Positions 9,816-21,277 of a stretch of DNA of 64,000 bases are shown here, piece by piece. The position numbers and the translations under genes were made by a program. Each line of letters opens with the position of its first letter. Position 1 is the first letter of the stretch. A model generated the notes under the pieces. That model saw only the letters and a program-made list of their open reading frames with translations. It ran no database searches and was not told the origin of the DNA. The DNA comes from Eledone cirrhosa (lineage: Eukaryota): the NCBI GenBank assembly GCA_964016885.1, contig OZ024750.1:35588001-35652000 (forward strand), read 5' to 3'.

Positions 9816-12800
9816 CTGTGACATACTCTTCCAACACACTCCTGTGACATACTCCTCCAACACACACCTCCAGCATACTCCTGTGACATACTCCTCCAAC
9901 ACACTCCTGTGACACACTCCTTTGATATACTGCTCCAACACACTCCTGTGACATACTCCTCCAACACACTCCTGTGACATACTCCTCCAACATACTCCTG
10001 TGACACACTCCTCCAACATACTCCTGTGACATACCCCTCCAACATACTCCTGTGACACACTCCTCCAACATACTCCTGTGACATACTCCTCCAACATACT
10101 CCTGTGACACACTCCTCCAACACACTCCTGTGACATACTCCTCCAACACACTCCTGTGACACACTCCTCCAACACACACCTGTGACATACTCCTCCAACA
10201 CACACCTGTGACATACTCCTCCAACACACACCTGTGACACACTCCTCCAACACACTTCTCCAACACACTCCTCCAACACACACCTGTGACATACTCCTCC
10301 AACACACACCTGTGACATACTCCTCCAACACACACCTGTGACATACTCCTCCAACACACACCTGTGACATACTCCTCCAACACACACCTGTGACATACTC
10401 CTCCAACACACTCCTCCAACACACACCTGTGACATACTCCTCCAACACACTCCTCCAACACACTCCTGTGACATACTCCTCCAACACACACCTGTGACAT
10501 ACTCCTCCAACACACACCTGTGACATACTCCTCCAACACACACATGTGACACACTCCTCCAACACACTTCTTTGACACACTCCTCCAACACACACCTGTG
10601 ACATACTCCTCCAACACACACCTGTGACATACTCCTCGAACACACTCCTGTGACACACTCCTCCAACACACACCTGTGACATACTCCTCCAACACACACC
10701 TGTGACATACTTCTCCAACACACTCCTCCAACACACACCTGTGACATACTCCTCCAACACACACCTGTGACATACTTCTCCAACACACTCCTCCAACACA
10801 CACCTGTGACATACTCCTCCAACACACACCTGTGACACACTCCTCCAACACACACCTGTGACACACTCCTCCAACACACTTCTTTGACATACTCCTCCAA
10901 CACACACCTGTGACATACTCCTCCAACACACTTCTTTGACATACTCCTCCAACACACACCTGTGACATACTTCTCCAACACACTCCTCCAACACACACCT
11001 GTGACACACTCCTCCAACACACACCTGTGACACACTCCTCCAACACACTTCTTTGACATACTCCTCCAACACACACCTGTGACATACTCCTCCAACACAC
11101 TTCTTTGACATACTCCTCCAACACACACCTGTGACATACTTCTCCAACACACTCCTCCAACACACACCTGTGACACACTCCTCCAACACACACCTGTGAC
11201 ACACTCCTCCAACACACACCTGTGACATACTCCTCCAACACACACCTGTGACATACTCCTCCAACACACTCCTGTGACACACTCCTCCAACACACTTCTT
11301 TGACATACTCCTCCAACACACACCTGTGACATACTCCTCCAACACACACCGGTGACATACTTCTCCAACATACTCCTCCAACACACACCTGTGACATACT
11401 TCTCCAACACACTCCTCCAACACACACCTGTGACACACTCCTCCAACACACACCTGTGACACACTCCTCCAACACACTTCTTTGACATACTCCTCCAACA
11501 CACTTCTTTGACATACTCCTCCAACACACACCTGTGACATACTCCTCCAACACACTTCTTTGACATACTCCTCCAACACACTCCTGTGACATACTCCTCC
11601 AACACACTTCTTTGACATACTCCTCCAACACACACCTGTGACATACTTCTCCAACACACTCCTCCAACACACTTCTTTGACATACTCCTCCAACACACAC
11701 CTGTGACATACTTCTCCAACACACTCCTCCAACACACACCTGTGACACACTCCTCCAACACACACCTGTGACATACTCCTCCAACACACACCTGTGACAC
11801 ACTCCTCCAACACACTTCTTTGACATACTCCTCCAACACACTTCTTTGACATACTCCTCCAACACACACCTGTGACATACTCCTCCAACACACTTCTTTG
11901 ACATACTCCTCCAACACACACCTGTGACATACTCCTCCAACACACACCTGTGACATACTCCTCCAACACACTCCTGTGACACACTCCTCCAACACACACC
12001 TGTGACATACTCCTCCAACACACTTCTTTGACATACTCCTCCAACACACACCTGTGACATACTCCTCCAACACACTTCTTTGACATACTCCTCCAACACA
12101 CACCTGTGACATACTCCTCCAACACACACCTGTGACATACTCCTCCAACACACTCCTGTGACACACTCCTCCAACACACACCTGTGACATACTCCTCCAA
12201 CACACACCTGTGACACACTCCTCCAACACACTTCTTTGACATACTCCTCCAACACACTTCTTTGACATACTCCTCCAACACACACCTGTGACATACTCCT
12301 CCAACACACTTCTTTGACATACTCCTCCAACACACACCTGTGACATACTCCTCCAACACACACCTGTGACATACTCCTCCAACACACTCCTGTGACACAC
12401 TCCTCCAACACACACCTGTGACATACTCCTCCAACACACTCCTGTGACATACTTCTCCAACACACTCCTCCAACACACTTCTTTGACACACTCCTCCAAC
12501 ACACACCTGTGACATACTTCTCCAACATACTCCTCCAACACACACCTGTGACATACTCCTCCAACACACACCTGTGACATACTCCTCCAACACACACCTG
12601 TGACATACTCCTCCAACATACTCCTGTGACACACTCCTCCAACACACACCTGTGACATACTCCTCCAACACACTCCTGTGACACACTCCTCCAACACACA
12701 CCTGTGACATACTCCTCCAACACACACCTGTGACACACTCCTCCAACACACTTCTTTGACATACTCCTCCAACACACACCTGTGACATACTCCTCCAACA

Positions 12801-13480
12801 CACACCTGTGACACACTCCTCCAACACACTTCTTTGACACACTCCTCCAACACACTTCTTTGACACACTCCTCCAACACACACCTGTGACATACTTCTCC
12901 AACATACTCCTCCAACACACACCTGTGACATACTCCTCCAACACACACCTGTGACACACTCCTCCAACACACACCTGTGACATACTCCTCCAACACACAC
13001 CTGTGACACACTCCTCCAACACACTTCTTTGACATACTCCTCCAACACACTTCTTTGACATACTCCTCCAACACACACCTGTGACATACTCCTCCAACAC
13101 ACTTCTTTGACATACTCCTCCAACACACACCTGTGACATACTCCTCCAACACACACCTGTGACATACTCCTCCAACACACTCCTGTGACACACTCCTCCA
13201 ACACACACCTGTGACATACTCCTCCAACACACACCTGTGACACACTCCTCCAACACACTTCTTTGACATACTCCTCCAACACACACCTGTGACATACTCC
13301 TCCAACACACACCTGTGACATACTTCTCCAACATACTCCTCCAACACACCTGTGACATACTCCTCCAACATACATGTACTGAGGTTCACCCCCACAACAC
13401 TCCTTCAATATTCTCCTCCAACACACTCCTCTAATATTTTCCTCCATCATATCCCCCAACATTCTCCTCCAACACACTTC
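9816..13480. repeat. 26-bp minisatellite built from 13-bp half-units (~3.6 kb)
   Basis: Consensus tgtgacatactcctccaacacacacc; halves a(t/c)actcctccaac plus acacacctgtgac / acacttctttgac / acactcctgtgac; homogeneous to ~13370 and degenerate to ~13480. Confidence 0.97.
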
Positions 13481-14304
13481 TATGATTTTCACTTTTATCC
13501 TTTCTCCCCTGCTTCAGATTCTATTTTTACTTTCTAGTTCTAATTATTTTCTCCCTCATGTACATCGTCTGCCTCTCATCACCTCTATTTTACTGAGATA
13601 AATATTTCACTGAAAAATCAGAGAAATGTGTATCTCTTGTTATAATTTATGGATATATTTGTGTCTATCTATTGAACATTTTAAAGATAATTATTCAATA
13701 AGTAATGTGTTGTTCTATGCAACAGTTGATAATAATGATAGAATAATGATCAATTAAAGATTTTATTTTTATTTCTTTACATTCAACTGTTTTTTAGATA
13801 GTTTAATTTTCTTGATAAATTGATTGTTTATCTGACTTGAATTTTAAATTAAAATCTTTTGCTTGAAATTATACATAAAAGGGTTTTAAAAGACGCTTTC
13901 CCTATTTACAAATTTGTGATTCCTGAGAGGTGAATTTTGATGGCTTCGGTGAATTCGACATCAGCCTAAAGACAATGTTGAATGAAGTCTCAATCTGATT
14001 TCACAACGTGATTTCACAACGTGAATAAGGGTTAATTATTTGGTGTAAACTAGATTCTAATTAGTTTCATTGCTACAATTCAAAAGATTGTTTTTAGTTG
14101 GATAACTGGACTAGCTATATCCTGTTAATGTTGATAAATTGATTAATTTGAAATAGTTTTGTTGCGTAATATCTTCCGTGTGATAATATCTTTAAACACA
14201 AAGTAGACCTAAACATTTGGAAAGCTTCAGGTTGCAGGGTTCCTTTCGTAGTTTCTCACCTAATTAATAAATGAAGTTAATGAAAGTGTCATCTCATCTT
14301 CTAT

Positions 14305-14490
14305 GATGTTGTTTAGCTCCGGGTGAGCACTGATTCAGTAAAGGATCAAGTTGTGATCATCCTGTCTGTTTTAAGTCATAATGTAACTAGGACTGGTTTA
14401 TTCTGAAGATGTGTATTTTTCCTTTATAAGATTGTATGGTGTGATTTATTCAGATAATTTTTGCAGATCAAGCAACTATTTAGAGGTTTC
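14305..14490 (-). mobile_element. Old SINE-like repeat, 3' portion
   Basis: Weak reverse-complement similarity to 21955-22150 (gatgatcac...gatc...gctaaacaac end). Confidence 0.35.
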
Positions 14491-14562
14491 TTCAATGAAT
14501 AATAACCAATTGCCACAAAGCTTCATAAGATCCTGTTAAGGGTGAAAGCAGCGATTCTTTGT

Positions 14563-14588
14563 TTAAACTTTAATCTGTTATTTTAATA
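14563..14588 (+). repeat. 26-bp direct repeat, left copy (candidate TSD)
   Basis: ttaaactttaatctgttattttaata, identical to 19242-19267. Confidence 0.9.
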
Positions 14589-14590
14589 TG

Positions 14591-15037
14591 TGAAGGCACA
14601 TGGCTTAGTGGTTAAAGCATTGGCCTTGCATTTGAAAGGTTGTGAATTCAATTCTCAGACCGGGTGACGTGTTATTTCCTTAAGCAAGACACTTTATTTC
14701 ATATTGCTCCAGTTTACTCAGCTGTAGAAATGAGATGATAGGACTGGGGTCCCTATCATTCCACTGCAAAGTGGTCGTGGAGGTGCCACGGCAAAAAAGC
14801 ACCCAGCCCACACTGCAAAGTGGACGTGTAGGCGCCACGGAAAAAAAGCACCCAGCACTCACTGTAAATGAGGTTGGTGTTAGGAAGGGCATCCAGCTGT
14901 AGAAATCAAGTCAGAATCAGTTCCCGTATGAGCAAGACAAGGTCAACCGACCGGACACTGCCCACAACAGGACAACCCGTCTAACACATGCTAGCGTGGA
15001 AGAACGGACGTAAAACGGCGATAATGATGATGATGAT
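14591..15037 (+). mobile_element. tRNA/CORE SINE family 2b, full length
   Basis: gaaggcacatggcttagtggttaaagc head, CORE, RTE-like body and (GAT)n tail; collinear with 4806-5260. Confidence 0.9.
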
Positions 15038-15252
15038 ATCATCATCACCACCGTTTTACATCCATTTTTCCATGCTAGCATGGGTTAGATGAGTTGTCCT
15101 GTTGTAAGCAATGCTAGATCAGGTGACCATGTCTTGCACTTACAGAACTGATTTTGGTTTGGTTTTTACAACTGGATGTCTTCCCTTACACCAACCTCAT
15201 TTACAGTGAGTACTGGGTGCTTTTTGTTATGACACCTACACGATCACTTTAA

Positions 15253-15255
<3 letters not shown>
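15038..15255 (-). mobile_element. SINE family 2b 3' half, tail-to-tail with the preceding copy
   Basis: Diverged reverse complement of ~14810-15037; the two tails meet at gatgat|atcatc. Confidence 0.8.
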
Positions 15256-15305
<50 letters not shown>

Positions 15306-15319
15306 AATTTAATATAGAA

Positions 15320-15390
15320 ATGGCTTCTACAGGACTAGAACTGTTTCATTCAAAGGAAATCATCATGGCTTTCCTGATGATTTCCTTTGA
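15320..15390. other. Inverted-junction remnant containing hammerhead-ribozyme-like halves (Penelope-like)
   Basis: 16-bp inverted repeat 15350-15365 / 15375-15390; plus strand has atggctttc-CTGATGA, minus strand has TGATGA-tttcctttgaat-GAAAC-AG-ttctagtc-CT-GTA-gaagccat. Confidence 0.5.
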
Positions 15391-15727
15391 TGGAGGCACA
15401 TGGCTTAGTGGTTAGAGCATTAGCCTTGCAATCGAAAGGTTGTGAGTTCAATTCTCAGACCGGGTGATGTGTTGTTTCCTTGAGCAAGACACTTTATTTC
15501 AAATTGCTCCAGTTTACTCAGCTGTAGAAATGAGATGATAGGGACTGGGGTCCATATCATTCCACTGCAAAGTGGCCGTGGAGGTGCCACGGCAAAAAAG
15601 CACCCAGCACTCACTGTAAATGAGGTTGGTGTTAGGAAGGGCATCCAGCTGTAGAAATCAAGCCAGAATCAGTTCCCGTCCCACCCTTGCAAGCAGGGAA
15701 AAGTGGACGTAAAATGATGATGATGAT
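15391..15727 (+). mobile_element. tRNA/CORE SINE family 2b, shortened, with LINE-type tail
   Basis: Same head and CORE; lacks one internal sub-repeat; after agttcccgt it continues cccttgcaagcagggaaaagtggacgtaaaa(tga)n, like the RTE tail at 7224-7270. Confidence 0.88.
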
Positions 15728-16449
15728 AGAGAGCGAGAAAGAGAGAGAGAGAGATTTTAGTAGTAATTGATTTCCGTTAGTTAAATTGGTGAATTTGTGT
15801 AACATGAAATCAAAGACCTTGTCGACATACAATTGTTTTTGACTCAACATACGAATTGTTTTTCATAACTCCCAAACCATATCCCAGACATCCATACCTT
15901 ATTTCCAGGTATCCCTCTTACCCAATTGAAGATGTTCCGCTCACATTTATTATTGTTATCATTTCGCTTACCTCCATACCGCATATATACTTTTCCCCCT
16001 GTTTTTCTCACGTTGCTATAAACCACGATGGCTACCTACTATGACTCTCTCATCCCTTAGCCATTACCTCCCTTCCTCTCTCTTTTTCGAGGTTCATGAA
16101 GCTAGATGAACATCTTCGAGATCCTCGCATATTCATCCCCGCTTGTCTAATATGCGTACTTGTATCTGATTATTTCACCCAAATCTCCTGGAATACTGTA
16201 AGCCATGATGACTACCTATCTCACAATTTCCCTCCTGCCCACCCCTTCACACCACCATAGTCTATTTGACGAATCAAACCTCAGCAACATGTCCCCTACC
16301 CATTACCAACCCCAACAAACTCTGCCATTACTACTATTACTACTACTTTTCTTCTAGCCCTTACCAGCCCCAACAAACCCTGCCATTATTACTTCTACTC
16401 TACTTCTACTTCTACTATCCCTGAATTCTTTTACCGTTATGTATGTATC

Positions 16450-19209
16450 GATGAGCTGAGGATAAATGGAGCAACCCCAAATTAATAAATGAATATGAAT
16501 CCGCGAGTTACCAAGCACCCATGAGAAGCTTCAATTCAGGGACAGGAAACATACACACACCCCCGCAAAAATTCAGCCTTTCCCACGAATGTTGGCAAAC
16601 GCCCAAAACTCTGAGTTGGAACCAACAATGTAAGCACAATGAAAGGAAGAGCAGGAGAAATCGTAGAGATGCTAGAGTGAAAGGAAATTGATGTATGCTT
16701 TGTGCAAGAGACTAGATGGAGAGGAGAGTCCACTAGAGTCCTTGTAGGCAAAAGTCAGTGTTACAAATTTTTCTGGGTGGGAAATGACAATGGGATGGGT
16801 GGTGTAGGTATACTATTAGCTGACAAATGGGTAGATAAGGTAACCTCAGTGAACAGGGTGAGCGCAAGAATCATTAAACTCTGACTAGTCCTGAATAAAA
16901 CAATTGCCACAATAATATCAGCTTACGCACCCCAATCGGGGTTGCCAGATGAACTTAAGGATAGGTTCTACAAGTCCCTAATGCACACTACTACTCTAAC
17001 AAACGACAGTGACTTCCTAATCATTGCAGGAGATCTTAACGGACACGTTGGTAAACACCGTGACGGCTTCTATAGATTCCATGGAGGCCATGGGTTTGGC
17101 ACAAGAAATGAAGAAGGCTTCAGGCTTCTAGAATCCTGCGACGCCAATGACATGTTGATATGTAACACAAACTTCAAAAAACCCGACATCACCTGATCAC
17201 CAATAGATCAGGGGAGCATTCTAGACAGATAGATTTTATCCTCATCAGAGGACGTGATAGATGGACGGTCGTAAACACAAAAGCCTTCCCTAGTGAGGAA
17301 TGTACCTCCCAACATAACTTAGTTGTCAGCGACCTCACTGTCAGAACTAGACGAACTTGGAAACAGAAGGCAACCTAGAGAAGAAAGATCTGGAAGCTGA
17401 AAGACCCCTCTGCCAGTAACAGATTTAAAGATATTTTACTCGACGCCTATGACAGTAAAGAAGAACAGATAGAGACATTCAATATAGAAGAGCACTGAGA
17501 GTTCCTAAAAAATAACTTACTAAAGGCGACGGATGAGATCTGTGGTTGGAGCAAGACCACAGGGAGGAGAAGAGTGACTTGGTGGTGGAACAATAAGGTA
17601 GATGAAGCAGTTAAGGCTAAGAGACAGGCATGGAAAGAATGGAAGAACGGGGGAAGCAAGGTACATTACATAGAGACCAGGAGGGAAGCTAGGCGACAAG
17701 TATACTTAGCTAGAAGGGAAGCGGAGGATAGAAAATTCAAGCATGTTTTGCAACACGAGGACCAGAAACAGGAGGTGTTCAAGATTGCGAAGCAGTGTGT
17801 CAAAGAGAATTGTGATGTCATTGGAGAGAAGTGTATCCGGAATGATAAAGGTGAGCTTGTCCTCACATTTCTGAGAAGAAAGATGCGTGGAAGAGCCATT
17901 ATGAAAGAGTACTAAATGAGGAGAATGCATGGAAAAAAGAGACCCTACCTCAGGTGGACCCTATAGAGGGGCCAACAGTACAAGTCAGCAGCAGTGTAGT
18001 AAGTAAGGCAATCAAAGATTTGAAGACTGGGAAGGCAACCGGTCCATCGGGTATAGCTGCCAAGATACTGAAGGCATCTGGGTTGGTAGGTCACACCATA
18101 ACCACACATATTGTTAACCAGGTAATACTAGAGGGTGTCATACCAAAGGATTGGTGCATCAGCAGCATTGTCAACTGCTACAAGGGTAAAGGTGATGCAC
18201 TAGATAGAGGAAACTATAGAGGTATAAAGCTGATGGACCAGGTCATGAAAGTAACGGAAAGAGTTATAGCACAGTTGATTAGGGACCGGGGAAAACTAGA
18301 TGAGATGCAATTTGGGTTTGTGCCAGGAAAAGGCACCACTGATGCCCTCTTCCTTGTGAGGCAGTTACAGGAAAAGTACCTAGCTAAAAGTAAGCCGCTC
18401 TACCTGGCATTCATCGATCTGGAAAAAGCCTTTGACAGAGTCCCCCGTGCTATAATCTGGTGGGCTCTTAGAAAATTAGGAGTAGATGAATGGCTTGTGA
18501 AAGCTGTACAAGCCATGTATAGGGGAGCAGTCAGCAAAGTTAGGATTAGCAATGACTATAGCGAGGAATTTAGCATAGAAGTCGGTGTCCACCAGGACTC
18601 TGTTCTTAGCCCTCTCCTGTTCATCATAGTTTTGCAAGCAATAACGGAGGAGTTTAAGACTGGATGTCCATGGGAACTCCTGTATGCGGATTATCTTGCA
18701 CTTATAGATGAATCTATAGTAGAACTAGAAAAGAAATTCCAAACATGGTAGCAGGGACTAGAAAGAAAGGGTCTCAAAGACAACCTGACAAAGACTAAGG
18801 TCCTCGTAAGTAGACAAGAAAACAGAACCCAGATCCCCTCAGGGAAGTGGCCTTGCTCAGTATATAGGAAAGGTATAGGTAGGAACTCCATCCTCTGCCC
18901 CAAATGCAAACAATGAGTACACAAGAGATGTAGTGGGATCTCAGGAAGCTTAACTAAGAATGTAGGCTTCACATGTAGCAGCTGTGCTGGGACAGCAAGC
19001 AGCAAACGGCTACAGAAAACAAGCACCACCAAACTGTGGGAGGGCTCTGTAGAAACAGTAGACAGCTTCTGCTACCTAGGTGACCGAATTAGCAGTGGAG
19101 GTGGGTGTTTGGAAAGTACAATAACTAGGGTAAGAACGGGATGGAAGAAGTTCAGGGAGCTACTGCCACTGCTAGGTGCAAAAGACTTGTCCCTCAAAAT
19201 GAAAGGCAG
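16450..19209 (+). pseudogene. RTE-clade non-LTR retrotransposon (APE endonuclease, reverse transcriptase, PHD-like finger), disrupted and 3'-truncated
   Basis: APE motifs VGTNNV, VQETRW, GVGILL, AGDLNGHVG, QIDFIL; RT motifs KGKGDALDRGNYRGIKL, QFGF.PGKGTTDA, FIDLEKAFDRVPR, GVHQDSVLSPLLF, YADY (YADD mutated), FCYLG; several stops and frameshifts; 5' boundary approximate. Confidence 0.93.
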
Positions 19210-19241
19210 CTGTAGAAATCAAGCCAGAATCAGTTCCCGTA
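19207..19241 (+). mobile_element. 35-bp internal fragment of SINE family 2b fused to the truncated LINE
   Basis: cagctgtagaaatcaagccagaatcagttcccgta is identical to 5105-5139. Confidence 0.85.
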
Positions 19242-19267
19242 TTAAACTTTAATCTGTTATTTTAATA
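19242..19267 (+). repeat. 26-bp direct repeat, right copy (candidate TSD)
   Basis: Identical to 14563-14588. Confidence 0.9.
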
Positions 19268-19379
19268 AATATTTGCTCTACGGTTCTTATATATTTCATA
19301 TATATTTATCCTCATCGAGCCCTCTTTGGATTTTAGTCTTCAAATTTATTATTATTACTATATATATATATATATATAT

Positions 19380-20985
19380 AAAAACAAATAACGAAACAAA
19401 ATTAAATTTCGTTTCGCTTCTAACTCACTTTTGTATGACTGACGCTTAAACAATTAAGTTAAAGTGTACATCTACATATGTATACGGAAGTATTAGTATG
19501 CATATAAATACACACATGTATACATATGTACATGTACTCAGCTTTTCACTAGACACTTTACAGTGAGTGTCAGCTAGTCTGTATGTAACCACACAGGCGG
19601 ACCGGGTTTTAGAGTCATACGAGTTTTCAAGGAAACACATTTCCTCTATTCTCCAGAGGGCCAGACAGGAATATTGGACTAGTTTCGATGTTATTACATC
19701 TCATCAGCAATATTTACCCATCTTCCGGCTTCTCTGGAGAATTGTAAAAGCACATATCGTTATATGCTTTTTCTATGAAAATTAGTAGTGGGTAGACTAA
19801 TTTGCATAGAACGTGAGTCATTGTACGCACCGGTTCAGCGGAAACGATAAAAACAAATAACGAAACGAAATTAAATTTCGTTTCGCTTCTAACTCACTTT
19901 TGTATGACTGACGCTTAAACAATTAAGTTAAAGTGTACATCTACATATGTATACGGAAGTATTAGTATGCATATAAATACACACATGTATACATATGTAC
20001 ATATGTATACATGTGTGTATTTATATGCATACTAATACTTCCGTATACATATGTAGATGTACACTTTAACTTAATTGTTTAAGCGTCAGTCATACAAAAG
20101 TGAGTTAGAAGCGAAACGAAATTTAATTTCGTTTCGTTATTTGTTTTTATCGTTTCCGCTGAACCGGTGCGTACAATGACTCACGTTCTATGCAAATTAG
20201 TCTACCCACTACTAATTTTCATAGAAAAAGCATATAACGATATGTGCTTTTACAATTCTCCAGAGAAGCCGGAAGATGGGTAAATATTGCTGATGAGATG
20301 TAATAACATCGAAACTAGTCCAATATTCCTGTCTGGCCCTCTGGAGAATAGAGGAAATGTATTTCCTTGAAAACTCGTATGACTCTAAAACCCGGTCCGC
20401 CTGTGTGGTTACATACAGACTAGCTGACACTCACTGTAAAGTGTCTAGTGAAAAGCTGAGTACATGTACATATGTATACATGTGTGTATTTATATGCATA
20501 CTAATACTTCCGTATACATATGTAGATGTACACTTTAACTTAATTGTTTAAGCGTCAGTCATACAAAAGTGAGTTAGAAGCGAAACGAAATTTAATTCCG
20601 TTTCGTTATTTGTTTTTATCGTTTCCGCTGAACCGGTGCGTACAATGACTCACGTTCTGTGCAAATTAGTCTACCCACTACTAATTTTCATAGAAAAAGC
20701 ATATAACGATATGTGCTTTTACAATTCTCCAGAGAAGCCGGAAGATGGGTAAATATTGCTGATGAGATGTAATAACATCGAAACTAGTCCAATATTCCTG
20801 TCTGGCCCTCTGGAGAATAGAGGAAATGTGTTTCCTTGAAAACTCGTATGACTCTAAAACCCGGTCTGCCTGTGTGGTTACATACAGACTAGCTGACACT
20901 CACTGTAAAGTGTCTAGTGAAAAGCTGAGTACATGTACATATGTACACTTCCGTATACATATGTAGATGTAAACTTTAACTTAAT
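19380..20985. repeat. 469-bp tandem repeat with an orientation switch forming a ~1.24 kb spacerless palindrome
   Basis: Mirror ORFs 19567..19785(+) and 20212..20430(-) place the centre at 19998/19999; a further copy at 20681..20899(-) gives a period of 469; ~1.3 units forward and ~2.1 units reverse. Confidence 0.95.
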
Positions 20986-21002
20986 TATATATATATATAT
21001 AT

Positions 21003-21277
21003 CTGTAAATGTGGTTGGTGTTAGGAAGGGCATCCAGCTGTAGAAAACCCGCCAGACAGTCCACGCTGTAATGTGGCCGTGTAGGCAACACGGTAAAAAC
21101 CTCCCAGCCCCACACTGTAAATGTGGTTGGTGTTAGGAAGGGCATCCAACTGTAGAAAACCCGCCAGACAGTCCTATGCGAGCAAGACAACCACTCTTGC
21201 CTCAAGTGGGAAAACCCCCGTCCAAACCCATGCAAGCGTGGAACACGGACGCTAAACCTGATGATGATGATGATGAT
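21003..21277 (+). mobile_element. SINE/non-autonomous RTE 3' part with an internal 60-bp duplication
   Basis: ctgtaaatgtggttggtgttaggaagggcatcca.ctgtagaaaacccgccagacagtcc occurs twice (21003 and ~21115); tail aaacccatgcaagcgtggaacacggacgctaaacc(tga)n. Confidence 0.8.

Noticed and set aside
9737-13492. Three ~1200-aa Cys/Val-rich proteins
   Set aside because: All three frames give the same permuted repeat because the 26-bp unit lacks stops on that strand; this is a minisatellite artefact.
13860-14036. Further piggyBac-like element ending aagggTTAA with a 13-bp tandem duplication
   Set aside because: No matching left TIR could be located.
17954-18751. Active reverse transcriptase, or a retron/DGR-like system paired with the repeats
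   Set aside because: It is a standard RTE LINE RT with the catalytic YADD changed to YADY, QG changed to QD, flanking stops and frameshifts; no link to the arrays is visible.
19446-20899. Multi-copy small genes (72 aa and 64 aa ORFs)
   Set aside because: They are copies within the 469-bp repeat, with no recognisable domain or gene structure; the 72-aa ORF starts at GTG.
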